A DNA stretch of 64,000 nucleotides from contig NC_042998.1 in NCBI RefSeq assembly GCF_006345805.1, positions 166,036,001 to 166,100,000 of the forward strand, written 5' to 3'. Below the pieces are notes generated by a model, which worked only from the letters and a program-made list of their open reading frames with translations, had not been told where the DNA came from and searched no databases. The position numbers were made by a program, and so were the translations under genes. This document shows, in pieces, positions 37,300 to 50,539 of the stretch; the stretch's first letter is position 1; the number at the start of each line of letters is the position of its first letter. The stretch comes from Octopus sinensis. Taxonomy: Eukaryota.

Positions 37300-37750
37300 T
37301 TCTACTTAGGCTCAAGACTTGAAATTTGAAGGGAGGGTGCAAGTCAATTACATCGACCAGTGCTCAACTGGTACTTATTTCATCGATCCCTGGAAGTATA
37401 AAAGGCACAGTTGATTTGGATGGAATTTGAACTCAGAAACTAAAGCCAAAAGAAATACCACAAAGCTTTTTGTCCGGCATGCTGATGATTCAGGCAGCTG
37501 GCCGCTTTAACAATGGTTTCAAATTTTAGCACAAGACCAGCAATTTCGGGGGAGGGGTGAGTTGATTACATCAACTTTAGTGCTTAACTAGTACTTATTT
37601 TATCAACCTCGAAAGGATGAAAGGCAAAGTAAACCTCAGCAGAATTTGAACGTAGAGATGGACGAAATGTGTCCAGCAGACTAACGACTTTACCAAGACC
37701 ACATGACTGGGAAGCAAGCCTCTTAACCACACCCTGAACAGCCACGCCTT
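37300..37750 (-). mobile_element. Two tandem SINE family C copies
   Basis: Each carries GTACTTATTT..TCRA.CC..GAA.G.AT.AAAGGCA..GT and GAATTTGAAC. Confidence 0.75.
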
Positions 37751-38583
37751 TTTTTTTTTTTTTTCCACCTCTTTGGTATTGCTAAACATCAGTCACCCAC
37801 ATAACCTTCACTCATGACTATAGATGAAGAACTAGACTGAGAAAGATGGGGAGTGACATTGTCCATTATACTGACACTCTGTATACCAACACTGAAGGAT
37901 TGACTTTTTGGGGTTTTTTTTTGGTTAATAATCCAGCTGCATTACATTGAGATAATCTGTTGTGTTCTAATTAAGACGTTTGTTTTTTAGTACTTCTTTG
38001 AATTAATGCAATTTCTGAATTGATAGTAGCAAAATTTAGTTGCGATTTGTAAATGCTCCTGTGCACCTGCATGGTTGTCTCAGTATAACTGTTTCCTCAT
38101 AACTTTCGGGAAAATGGATATCTTTTAATAGAATTTTCTACAAATACGTTTCACATGATGTAGATTATGATTATATTAGAATTTGATGTGAAAAAATAAA
38201 AAATTGGAATAGAGAAGAGTAGTTTTGGATAATTCACATGTGTTGACTTTGTTTCCTCATAACTTTAAGAAAAACATAATTAGCTGTGAAAAACCTTTTC
38301 AGAGTGAGTGTAGAAAGAGGAGTTTCAGATGATTTACATGAGTTGCTCATAACTTTCAGAAATATGAGTGTTTTTAATGAACTTGTCTATAAATAGCTTG
38401 TGTATATTATAATTATATTAGAATTTATTGTAAAAAAAATAAATTGGTGAGCATGCATATATACATACTGGCATATTATAATTGTTTCAAAATTTTAAGT
38501 TTCACTTTGTAGAAATATATATGTAATGTGTTAATGTGTGTGTGTGTGTCCACCAGTTTTTGGGTTTTTTTTTTAATATTATA

Positions 38584-40218
38584 CTAGCAGAATTGCCCGG
38601 CGTTGCTCGGGGCTGAATTGCTTGAAAGTACTGTTAATGATTGCACTGAATTATGATGATTATTCAGGCAAATATTGATATAAGCTTACTGTGGGAGATA
38701 AAGACTTAACGATCAAACGTGTGCCATTGCATTGTTTTGGGGGAACCAAATTTCTGATGAGCATTATAGGGGCACCAACTTTAAGTTTGAGAAAGTGTGG
38801 TGGTAGTTCGGGGTGCTCAAAGGAATTGAGTACCTCTATTGGATAGTTGATGACGTCCTCTGGGTCAGGAGTTGTATCGATAGACTGATATACATAGACT
38901 TCCCCAGGAATGAGTTTTAGCATTTCATCATTAATATGGTGAACAGTTTTATTCCTCGGGGCCAGTATAGCCTTTTTGCCAATCCAATCCATATTCTGAT
39001 AATTAGCTTGTAGATCTGGGAACACTGCATCTCTGAGATCAGAAGGCGTCTTAACAATGGTACAAATGGAATCGATGGCAATATTACCATTTTCATCCCC
39101 TGGTATTTTGCCTTCGCCAAGTGCAAGGAGGGTGTGAGGAAATGCTGCTGATGTGATATTACGTCGCATATGAGCATGCATATTGGTGTGAAGTTTGAGA
39201 GTTACTTCCCTTTATTTAAAAAAATATGCATTAAAATGGAAAAAAATGATGGTAAATTATTTGTAAAATCATAGACTCATCATAGACACGCGCTAATACC
39301 CAGAATGGCTCGATATGAATCACGACTATAAGATACCCGGTTTTGGTTAAACTGCATCGCAAAATGTGGGAGTAGTTAGGAATCTAAATCGGAGTAGACA
39401 GACACACAACCTTTCTTTTATATATAAATATTTTCGTCCTAAAAAACTTTGTATGGATTGAATGGTTACCTCTATGGAAATATATACACGCACATTATAC
39501 ATACATGTGTGTATAGATGAATATATAAATACATTTATATATCTATATACACTTTTGGGCGATCTTTGTGCTACTTAGAGATAACTTTAGATCTTATTTT
39601 TGTCCTAAAAAACTTTGTATGGAGTGAAAGGTTACCTCTATAGAAATATATACACACACATTATACATACATCTGTGTATAGATGAATATATAAATACAT
39701 TTAAATATCTATATACACTTTTGGGCGATCTTTCTGCTACTTGGATATAGGTCTTATATTCGTCCTAAAAAACTTTCCTGTCACACACTCATGCACACGC
39801 ACACACACACACACACATACGCACCCTCACACACACGCACACACACACACGCACACACACACGTTAGCTTACAATTTTATTTATATATTTGCGTGTCTAT
39901 GTGTGTAAAGAGGAAGTGGCAGAGTGAAAGAGTCACTCAGTACAAAAAGTGAATTACTTTCACTTTATTCGTTGCACACTGTGCGTGTGCATGTGGTGTA
40001 GGCTGCACTAAGAAAAGCATTTGACTTATACACCACAATGTGAGTTTTCTCTAAATTTTGCTTAATTGGGGTTGAAATTTTAAAAACTGAACCTGGCACG
40101 ACCCGATGCATTCTACTCTTAAAAATGCTAGGTAAATTGTAATTGAAGAAATCCTATATTGTAGATTTCTATAAGATACAAAGGGAGGCAGATAAAATCT
40201 GCCTTTTATAATAAGAGA
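38584..40218 (-). mobile_element. Composite Helitron with a PIF1 fragment (38660-39181) and two 5' ends (about 39428 and 40218)
   Basis: 3' end CCCGAGCAACGCCGGG plus CTAG|T; KAILAPRNKTV..IN...LPPHFLKLKVGAPIMLIRNL...CNGTRL; outer 5' TCTCTTATTATAAAAGGCAG; about 165-bp tandem duplication at 39430-39775. Confidence 0.8.
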
Positions 40219-40433
40219 TATATGCATATGATATATCTGGAATTTACATCATCTGTTAAGTATTTGTAGAAAATTTCATTAAAAAAGACCCATTTTCTGA
40301 AAGTTATGGGGAAACAAAGTTGGTGGGGTATATTTGTGTAACTTTTTGTTGGGTTTCAGGAAACTTGACCACATTGAACAACTTGTAATTTCAATAATTC
40401 AGTGAAAAGTAAAATTTGCAAAAGTAAACAGTA

Positions 40434-41130
40434 TAGGCACAGGAGTGGCTGTGTGGCAAGAAGCTTGCTTCCCAACCTCATGGTTATGGGTTCCATCCCA
40501 CTGCATGGCAACTTGGGCAAGTGTCTTCTATTAAAGCCTTGGGCTAACCAGAGCCTTGAGAGTGTATCTGGTAGATGGAAACTGAAAGAACCCTGTCATA
40601 TATATGTATATATTTGTGTGTGTGTTTTTGTGTCTGTGCTTGTCCCCCCCGCTCCTGTTACCGCTTGATAACCAGTCTTCGTGTTTACATCCCCGTAACT
40701 TAGCAGTTTTGCAAAACACACTGACAGAATAAGTACTAGGCTTAAAAAAAAAAAAAGATGTAGGAGTGGCTGTGTGTTAAGTAGCTTGCTTACCAACCAC
40801 ATGGTTCTGGGTTCGGTCCCACTGAGTGGCACCTTGGGCAAGTGTCTTCTATTATAGCCTCGGGCTGACCAAAGCCTTGTGAGTGGATTTGGTAGACGGA
40901 AACTGAAAGAAGCCTGTCGTATATATGTATATATATGTTTGTGTTTGTTCCCCCAACATTGCTTGACAACCAATGCTGGTGTGTTTATATCCCCGTAAGT
41001 TAGTGGTTCAGCAAAAGAGATCGATAGAATAAGTACTAGGCTTCCAAAGAATAAATCCTGGGGTCGATTTGCTCTACTAAAGGCGGTGCTCCAGCATGGC
41101 CACAGTCAAAATGACAGAAACAAGTAAAAG
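40434..41130 (+). mobile_element. Two tandem SINE family A copies (40434-40745 and 40760-41130)
   Basis: Both start GGAGTGGCTGTGTG; the first is truncated at an A-run. Confidence 0.88.
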
Positions 41131-42149
41131 GGAAAGAGTACTGGAGTCGATTCATTTGACTAAACTTCTTCAAGATGGTACTCCAGCATGGCCACAGTCT
41201 GATGCCAGTAAAAGAGAAAACTTAGAAAATGGAGAAAAATAAAAAGAGATCTGTAAATACTGTAAGATGCACTCTCTATAAGATGCATCTCTATTTTGTA
41301 AGTATAATTTGTGGGGGAAAAACAAATTTAGTATGTTTCACCATACACCTACTGAAAGATATTCTAGTCATATAGCATTTAGATTATTATTTTGTCAAAT
41401 GTAATGCTAATTTATTAAAATTTTTTTGAATTAATAATATATTGTCTTGTAGCATCAAAATTTTCATGATGTTATTGTTTATTTGTAGAATCACATTGTA
41501 GGGTAGGTGGGAGAGGCAAGGTCTGGGCAGTTTGAACTTAAAGTAGGCAGAATATTTTGGCTGGATATAGCAGGTGTAAATGCTGAAAATGCAGGAGTGC
41601 TGTGTATGTAAAGAGATTACTGTGACAGTATATTGGATTAAAGCATGAAACAATAAATTTGTTACAAACTACTTTATATTCTTTCAAATTAAGTTGTTTT
41701 TATTTTGATCAAATAAATTGCTGTAATGAAATGTAAAACTAGTATTTCTGGCTATGATGTTTTTTGTTTACTGCAATAGGCCATCAGACTGGCACAATAC
41801 CACTATGGTTTTATTGTCATCCATTCATTGTATATAGCCAAGAAGCAGAAAGAAGTTTAACATTCCTTTTATCTTTGTAGGAGAATTTAAATAATCAAAA
41901 ATGTTTCTTAAAAGTAATACATTCGTTAAATCATATAAGAGACATATCAGGTGTGGGTTATGCATGCTAGGGAAGCAGGTATAATGGGATCATGTGAATT
42001 TTCCACACACCTGCTAACATTCTGCAAGTAATTGTCTGTGAGTTTGTGTCAACAGACTGTGACATTTTAATTTGTTTTCAATATTTTATTAATGAAGGCG
42101 GAGAAATGGCAGAATCATTAAATACACTGGACAAAATGTTTGTGCTGTA

Positions 42150-42350
42150 CATTAGTGCACTCCTTCCATCAAATTGATATTGCATGTACAAACACATGGT
42201 GTGCCACATGTCAGATGTTGAAGTGATCACAAAGCAATGCGAATTGAAGTGTTTTGCTCAAGGACACAGCACACTGGCTGACATAGGAATTGAACCCACA
42301 ATCTTGTGATCATGAGTGCAATGCTTTAACCACTAGGCCATTTATCCTCA
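42150..42350 (-). mobile_element. SINE family B variant
   Basis: Homologous to 3375-3560. Confidence 0.7.
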
Positions 42351-42549
42351 CACATATGCATTGTTCTGAGTTAATCATGCATTATCTTGTAGCTTGAAGA
42401 TTTTGATGACGTGATTATTTTTAGACTGACATTGTAAGGTAGGTGTGAGAAGTAGGATCTGGCCAGTTTGAACATTTGGGCTGGATGTTGCCGGATTAAA
42501 TGCTATGGGGTTAATGTAAATATATCCTGGAAAGTAATTTACTGTAGCA

Positions 42550-43061
42550 CCATAAATCCTTGAGTATAGTCCGCCCTTGAGTATAATACGCAGGGGATTT
42601 TTAGGGGGCTGTACCTCTGTAAAACCTAAACCTTGTGTATAATACGCACCCCTTCTCTAACTTGAGTCAAAGAGGTCTATATAACGTCCTTGGTTTGTAA
42701 AACTGCATACGGTAATGTCCTTTGTTATTATTGTATATATAACATAATGCAAACATGTAGCTTTTTTGTGCATTTTGTTTGCAGAAAATAGAGTAATAAC
42801 AGTAATAAAGTTTAATAAATGTTGTTTACTGCAAGTTATGTAAGATTCTTTTATGACTTCATTGCTTTCAGGCTTAGCTTAAGGTATTTTCACGCCCTAC
42901 ATCACAAAATGCATCTGAATAAACATTGCCGGACAGCAAATAGAGACTCGGACATTGCTTAGAAAATAATTTTTATTTTTAATCTCGTATATAGTGCACA
43001 CTAGGGATTTTGACCTTTAAATTTTGGGGAAAAAATGCGGATTATACACGAGGATTTACGG
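42550..43061. mobile_element. pogo/Tigger-like MITE
   Basis: CCATAAATCCTTGAGTATAGTCCGC ... GCGGATTATACACGAGGATTTACGG|TA TIRs. Confidence 0.75.
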
Positions 43062-43726
43062 TATTCGTTTGAAGATAATAGGTCTTGTTGTATTTAAAAA
43101 CACAACATATATTGGAGGCCAATGAAAATAGCTCAAGCAGTAGCTGGTGGGAATGCTTGATGTGCATTTCTGCAATATGTGTAGTTGATTATATTGGAAT
43201 AGCAATTCATCAGACAAACTTGCAGTCATGTGTTCTTACATTGACAAACATGTATTTTATGTTGCTTGTACATGGAGGAAACATAATAGGAAGCATAAAT
43301 AAAAATGAATAAAAACAAATGAATAGCTTAATTGTTTGCTAGTTAGTTAAATCCACTGCATTGAAAAAAGTTAGAGAATAGATAATGCTTCTACTTGAAT
43401 GATTGAAATGAAGTAATTTAAGAGGCTTTGTGCAATGAAATTGGGAGTATCATTTGTTCATCTGAGATGAATACATCAACTGCTAGTAGTCAATGGATGA
43501 AAAGGAAATATAGTAATGCTGGGAATCAGCTTAAAATATTCATGAATGTTTAATTTTCCTTCCAAACTTTAAAAGGACTTTCTCAAAGCCGACGTCTTGA
43601 ATGACCCTACTGGATGAAATCATTGGAAAACTATTTCCAAAGTTACCTGAGACACACTGGAATTATTCAACTCAATAAGTATCCACTTTATTCAACAAAA
43701 TTGTATTTCCTGGGATATTTTTAAAT

Positions 43727-43945
43727 ACAGCATTGTGGTTAAGAGTGCGGGCTACTAACCCCAAGATTCCAAGTTTGATTCCAGGCAGTGGCCTGCATAA
43801 TAATAATAATAACATCAAAAAATATCTTAGGAATGAGAACCCAGGTTCAAAATTTCCCCAAGGCACCTGATGAAGGCTGGAAGGTATATCAGCAGAAATG
43901 TGTTAACAACAAACAAGATGACAAATATCCGTCAAATGTAATTAA
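43727..43945 (+). mobile_element. tRNA-headed short element with a hammerhead-like tail
   Basis: A-box-like TGTGGTTAAGAG, B-box GTTTGATTCC (43773-43782), (TAA)n linker, then CTGATGA-A-GGCTG/GAAGGTATAT/CAGCA-GAAA (43867-43898). Confidence 0.6.
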
Positions 43946-44581
43946 GAAGCAAAAATCACAAATATTTAACTTGAGATTTATTTAATGGAAGGCTGAACAT
44001 GAATACATACGTAAATCCTCACTGGTAGAGCAATTAGGATATATGGGCCAACTTAATAGTGATTGCTCTCATTAAAAGTTTGTCCTTGATTTGCTTGGCA
44101 AGGATTGGGATGAGTTTTCTTCGAATGCCATGAGAACTCTGATTGAATTTTAGCACTAAAGGCAGAGTAAGGCTCCACTGTCAAACTCTCTGCTTTTGTG
44201 ATTGGCCTACATGCTCTGGTTTCCAAGTTACCCTTTGCCACTGATTTGTAGTATACAATATCTAATCTCCATTTGTCCATTCATACTTATAGCTGCACCA
44301 TTTTTAACACACCATGTTGGCATTAAATCTATGTGTATATTCCATACTTACATTATAGCAAGAAATCAAAATACATTTAACATGCCTGTAATTTAATGTT
44401 CAAATAAGCTGTCAAAAAAGGATCAAATATGCAAGTTGTATTTGTGGATTTTTAAAGAGGAGGCTACATCTGCTGACAATGAGCCCAAATCAGATCAAAA
44501 TATGTCTGTACAACTGATCCTTATTTTTGTGTCCACAAACATTTTGCATATATGTATTGTTTATGTTTGTCATAATACAGT

Positions 44582-44970
44582 TGTGCAGGTGTGTATGAAG
44601 CTTGCTTCCCAACCACATAGCTCTGGGTTCAGTCCCACAGCATGGCACCTTGGGCAAGTGTCTTCTGCTATAGCCTTGGGTCGACCAGAGCCTTTGACTG
44701 GATGTGTTAGACAGAAGCTAAAACTAGCCCATTGTATATATGTATATCTGTGTGCGTGTCTTTGTGTCTGCGTTTGTCCCCCCCCACTACCACATGACAA
44801 CCCATGCTGGTGTGTTTATGTGTGTCATTATGACTTAGTGGTTTGGCAAAAGACACCAATAGAGTAAGTACCAGGCTTAAAAAAAATAAGTACTGAGGTT
44901 GATACATTCAACTAAAATTTCCAGGCAGTGCCCCAGCATGGCTACAACTGGAACAAGTAAAAGATGAAAG
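44582..44970 (+). mobile_element. SINE family A (old, CpG-decayed)
   Basis: Colinear homology to 28343-28720. Confidence 0.85.
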
Positions 44971-45004
44971 ATATGTTTTGTAATACTTTCTAGCCATAAA
45001 TATA

Positions 45005-45225
45005 CAAGGTGTTGAGCTGACAGAAGTGTTAGCATGCTGGACAGAATGTCTAGTGGCATTTTGTCCATTCTTATGTTCTGAGTTCACATTCCGCTGAGAT
45101 TAACTTTATCTTTCACTCTTTTGGGATTGATAAAATAAGTACTAGTTGAACACTGGGTGGGGGTTGATGTAATTCACTAAACCCCTTCCCCTAAAATTGC
45201 TGGCCTTGTGCCAAAATTTGAAACC
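45005..45225 (+). mobile_element. SINE family C
   Basis: GCTGACAGAAGTGTTAGCATGCTGGAC head; GGGATTGATAAAATAAGTAC core. Confidence 0.8.
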
Positions 45226-45920
45226 AATATATAAGCATTCACGTACACCCTTGTGCATACAATATCTATGCACACGTAGATGTGCATGTGTATGAGTGTG
45301 CAGCAAATATGTGGATGCTTGTTGGGGGTGGGTGTTTATGCACATCAGTGATAAACTTTCATTTATGGTAGTTTCATATGTTTGTTTCAGGACTAAAACA
45401 TTTAATGACAGAAATAAGTAGGCTGTAATGTAATCTTAGTAATTTTAGTTACCTTAGTAACTAGACAATGGGATACCACCATTTCATATTATGTGTCCCA
45501 TAAACTACGTTAGTCTTTCTTGACATACAGCTAGCAGATTATATAATATGTTATTGTCATTAAATTGTTTGTAATACATTCTAAGCATATTATCTCTGCG
45601 TCATATTTCTCTTGAGATATACTGGAAGATAAATAGTAGTAGGATGAAGATTTATATTTTATATACATACCTAAGCTAGAGAAAAAAGTGAACCAGAATA
45701 ATTACGTGGGATATAGATGATTTTGTGTGTGTATGCACATATTTCTATACACATCCCTCCTTCCCACCACCCACACATATGTATAATATATTTATACAGA
45801 GACAATTATATCTGCACACAAGATGTAAGGGAATGACATATATTAACAGAAGATAGAAATTATAAGGCTGATAGGAACATTCATGTAACAGCAATGTAAT
45901 TTTTGAGATAAACAGAAGGA

Positions 45921-46454
45921 TGTGTAACAAGATGAGAGGTCTCCACACTGGAAGGGTGCAGCTCGCATCCTTTACATTAAATATTAATCGAAGGAAAGAG
46001 TCAAGAATTCCGATCAACTTCAACAGTATAAATATTTATTTCTTGATTCGCAATATATACATTCTTCTTTCTAGGCGAATCGGCAGCCTAGGAGCTTTTC
46101 GCAGTAGTCAAGTGGAGTGAGCCAAATCCTGTCCGTTCAAGCATAGAGGAGATATGCCATGAGGTAGCAGCTTGAGAGAGCTGATAAAACACAACTGTCC
46201 TGTTCAACTGCCAGCATTCGAGAGAATGATACGAGGGAATTTCGCTGCTGCTAGTTTTCTGTGCATGCTCATGCGGGAACTTCCAGCAGGCCTCCCAGAA
46301 GAATCCAACTCTGTGCATGCGTGCTGGAGATTTCCAAGATGGCATCACTACAAGGCTCCCCCTCAAGTGCGGAAGCACGAAACAGAAGATTGTTGTGGCT
46401 CCAGAAAATAAGATGGCTACCGATCACCCAGAAGATGTGGCACACAATATGACA
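45921..46454 (-). mobile_element. Possible solo LTR
   Basis: GC-richer block bounded by TGT...ACA with AATAAA about 110 nt before the minus-strand end; no TSD found. Confidence 0.35.
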
Positions 46455-46689
46455 ACGCAAATAACTGTGAATGCAAAAAAATATATATATATATAACATG
46501 CACAAAAGTTGTTTTTTTTTCTTAACAAAATGTCCAAGAAATGGACCAGGAGAGAAAAGAGAATGTTAAATATAAATTGTATAATAATAAATAATAATGA
46601 AATTATTGTGTATAGTGCTCAGGTGCACTACAACTCAAAGGTTCATGTACAGTACATAGAATTATGTACAAAAGTCAGGAAAGTGAACA

Positions 46690-47190
46690 GTATATGAGTC
46701 ATGCATATGGAGAGGGGGATAACAGATGTAGTGTTGGTGAATTTCAGGAAACATGGAAGTTTTAATGGATGCAATGTTTCAGCAACTAACAACTGATGCA
46801 GGTAGTTTGTTCCATGCTTCGGTAACTCTGAGTGTGAAAAACTTTTTCCAAAACCCGTGGGGGCTGTACTGTTTTCTGACTTTGTAGGCATGCCCATGTG
46901 TGTTAGACACATGAAGCTCAAAAAGGTGCTCAAGGTGGTTGTTGGCACAATGGTTAATAATTTTGTGGATGTTTACCAAGTCAGTTGCCAGACGTTGGAG
47001 CTTCAATGTATCTATGCCCAGGGAAGCAAGGTGTTCAGAGTATGGTAGATGCCTGATGGAAGGTATTCGCTTGGTTGCATGTCTCTGAACAGTTTCCAGG
47101 TGGTCAATGTCCTGAGCAAGAGAGAGGTTCCAGACTAGTGATGCAAATTTCAAGTATGGTTTAAGCTTTGAGACAAGCATACGACTTACT
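46690..47190 (-). mobile_element. CR1-clade LINE 3' fragment
   Basis: FASLVWN...LETVQRHATKRIP..RHLPYSEHLASLG...NTHGHAYKVRKQ...FFTLRVTEAWNKLP. Confidence 0.88.
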
Positions 47191-48039
47191 CATCATTGGC
47201 AAAGAGCTTAATGTTTCTCCAGTAGAAAACATGCCAAAAATGGAACATAAAAGTGAAATGTGGACTCTGCAAACCACACCACAGATTACTTATCTTTGAA
47301 CAGGTACAAAGTAGTGGGGTGACTCTTTAATTCTCACATGGTACAGTATAATGAACTGAACACCAAATTTGGTTGGTTTTTGCTGTTACTGTATGTGAAT
47401 GACTTGTTCAACTTTTATTACACATTGTAAAGTCATGATAAGGATCACATACTATAATATGAAAGCATACCATCAAGCTTTTCATATATTCTTTATATTC
47501 AACGTTAGTATTTGTTTGGCATGTTAACAAACAATTTTTTTAACATTACTCGCAAAACAACTTTATATACTTGCAAAGGTTTATTTAGGTGTCATCAGTA
47601 CAAGTTAATGTGCCTGTCTACTTAGGCTTCTCCATAGATGAAAGTCATTTTTAGTAATTTGAACCGGAGTGGTATATTGTAATTGGAAAGAGTTCAGATT
47701 CTTATTATTATCATAGCCATCATTTGTCATTGTCAGTATCACATCATCATCATTGTCATCAACAATACAATCTCAGATAAAAGAAGTGCAACTCACAAGA
47801 ACATGCATGCTTGCATATACATGAATTAGGTTTGGAAGAACTGGAAATATGAAATATGCTTGGAGAGACTTGAAAATGGGATGGCACCGAACAAATACTT
47901 AAGCGCTTGAAGAAAAGTTAGACATTGAAAGTACTATGTAAAGAAGGTGCAGGGAAGAAGAGGTTTGCACATATTCTGTAATGTGAATCACATTCCGTAA
48001 TGAGAGAATGTGTGTTCCTGATTATGTGGTTGTATATTA

Positions 48040-48160
48040 GAGAGAATCAAGACATTGTTGGGAAGAAATTTATAGGGAATGATGGCAAGATACTTACCCT
48101 TACTGATGCTGAAAAGAAAGAGACATGGTAGTCCTATTATGAGGAGAATGCATTGAAGGA
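48040..48160 (+). mobile_element. Short RTE-like remnant (linker between endonuclease and RT)
   Basis: GNDGKILTLTDAEKKETW*SYYEENA resembles the RTE linker region. Confidence 0.4.
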
Positions 48161-48706
48161 AGTTGGCTTAATACATGTAGACAGACCCAGTAGAGGGACT
48201 ACCCATTAAAGTTGGCTATGGTTGCGTGCACAATTAAGGACATAAGACATGGGTAGTCTTTTATGAGAAGTGGATCACGAGACATAACTCTTTATCTGGT
48301 GGGCAGCACTAGTAAAAAACAGTAAAGGAAATTTGTTTTTGGTTTTGTTGTGTCTGGGGAGAGTTATGTTGTCTTAATGCCTTATTATCTAACACCCTCA
48401 CTGGTTTGCTTTTGCAACTTTGTAAGTGGATGTCGACTCTGTCCATTATTGGAGCTGCATTCTTTTTTTTTTTTTGCTTGTACATGCCTTTCAGAAAATC
48501 CTGCAGCCACAGTTTGCCTGTGACTGATATAAAAGTAAGGAAGGCAGCTGCAGGTAATATAGGAAGGCAGCTGATATAAAGGTAAGGAAGGTCATTTACA
48601 AGCCAGTGATATAACCAATCAGATAGTGCAGTGAGATATCACATTCTTTGGTTAGTGAAACACTATCATTGTCCATTGCTACTAGGGCAGAGGAGATACT
48701 CTAGAG

Positions 48707-49025
48707 CAGGGGTTCTCAACCATTTTTAATCTATGGACCATTTTAATTATTTTTTCTGGTGGACCCCATAGCCTTTCAATGTTTCAAAACTAGATTTATA
48801 AAAACATCTTTCAAAAGTCCTATTTTGTTTTTCACACATTAACTTGTGTAGGGTGAACTATGTAAATGTTAGAAAAAAAAAAAAATAGCCGTTTCTTGCA
48901 ATACATAACAAGTACATACATATATGACAAAATATTTTCAGGGGCCTTTAAAGTACTATTGTGGATCCCCAAAATCTTATATGGACCTTCAGGGGCCATG
49001 TGGACCCCTGTTCAAAAAACCACTG
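48707..49025. mobile_element. hAT-superfamily MITE
   Basis: CAGGGGTTCTCAACC ... GTTCAAAAAACCACTG ends; 8-bp TSD CTCTAGAG / CTCTACAG (7 of 8 match). Confidence 0.8.
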
Positions 49026-49310
49026 CTCTACAGCAATGGTTCATAACCATTTTTCTTTTGTAGAGCTCCCCTCCATCTAAGTAGTTATGCCTGGTGCCCA
49101 CCTAAGTGGAGAGTGATAATTTATAAATTTTACTTTAAAATGGATTGTATAAGTTTTTAACAGTGAAATGATAAAAAAAATTAATAAAGACAAAAGTTAT
49201 AAATTTACTTTATATGTTGTAAGTTAATGACTCCACTGTGCAGGATGAGATCTCATTTTATTTTAATAACCATTACTAGTTTTATCATGTATAATATAAT
49301 TACTAGTGAA

Positions 49311-49628
49311 GGTGGCTTAGTGGTTAGGGTATTTAGTTTATGATCATAAAGGTCATGAGTTTGAAAACTGGTGGCGCATTGTATCCTTGAGTAAGACACT
49401 ATATTTTACATTGCTCCAGTCCACTCAGCTGGCAAAAATGAGTAGTACCTGTAAGTCAAAGGGCCAGCCATTTCACACTGTGTCACACTGAATATTCCTG
49501 AGAACTATGTTATGAGTACATATGTCTGTGGGGGGTGCGCAGCCACTTGAATCTTAATTTCATGAGCAGGCTGTTCTGTTGATCAGGTCAACTGGGACCC
49601 TTGTCATTGTAACCGATGGAGTGCCAGT
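49311..49628 (+). mobile_element. SINE family B (CpG-decayed)
   Basis: GTGGCTTAGTGGTTAGGGTATT head through GTAACCGATGGAGTGCC tail. Confidence 0.88.
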
Positions 49629-49828
49629 TAATATAATTTCTACTATAGATAAAATTTTGTATGTTAATTATATTACCTCACTCCCTGCTAAAGCCTATCA
49701 TCCCCTTTGACATGCTCAGCACCCACTTTCAGGTGGTATTGCCCATGTTGAGAACTTCTGCTCTCGAGAGTGAAACTACAAGAGTGGCATCAAATTGAAT
49801 GAAAGTTTCTCAAAAAGTATTATAGTAA

Positions 49829-50200
49829 GTGTAGGAGTGGATGTGGGGTAACTAGCTTGCTTACGAACCACATGGTTCCGGGTTCAGTCCTACTTCGTGG
49901 CACCTTGGGCAAGTGTCTTCTACTATAGCCTCAGGCCGACCAAAGTGAGTGGATTTGGTATACGGAAACTGAAAGAAGCCTGTCGTTTATATGTATATCT
50001 ATATATATATATGTAGGTGTGTATATGTTTGTGTGTCTGTGTTTGTCCCCCCAACATTGCTTGACAACCGATGCTGGTGTGTTTATGTCCCTGTAACTTA
50101 GTGGTTCGGCAAAAGAGACCGATAGAATAAGTACTAGGCTTCCAAAGAATAAGTCTTGGCGTCGATTTGCTCGACTAAAGGTGGTGCTCCAGCATGGCCA
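49829..50200 (+). mobile_element. SINE family A
   Basis: Colinear homology to 28343-28720. Confidence 0.88.
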
Positions 50201-50325
50201 CATGCGACAGTCCCGTGCAAGGTCACTGAAGATAGCAAGCCATTCGTGGTTCCATCTGTGCAGACCGACCACTTGTGGACCTGATAGTTCAGAGAGGTCC
50301 TCCTTTATTGTCGTTGCATGTTGAT
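50196..50325 (-). mobile_element. RTE-like C-terminal remnant
   Basis: TIKEDLSELSGPQVVGLHRWNHEWLAIFSDLARDCRMW resembles RTE C-termini. Confidence 0.5.
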
Positions 50326-50539
50326 ACATATGTATGTTGACAGTTGCATATAGAAGTGCCAATCACTTAAAGTAGATGGAACTTTAGAAGAGGGAGACCC
50401 AGGACGACATGGGCCAAAGTATTGAAGACTGATCTCAAGACACTGAGCCTTACACAGGAAATGACTAAGAACTGAAATATCTGGCACATTACTGTACTCA
50501 AGAAAAACTATCTACCACAGCAAAATTGATACCAGTGAT

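Noticed and set aside
43727-43795. Functional tRNA genes (here and at other SINE heads)
   Set aside because: No complete cloverleaf or acceptor stem; all continue into SINE bodies.
44436-44560. Alternative SLC5 exon in intron 1 (MSVQLILIFVSTNILHICIVYV)
   Set aside because: Hydrophobic by chance, with no SLC5 similarity or convincing splice sites; exons 1 and 2 already join in frame with the expected sequence.
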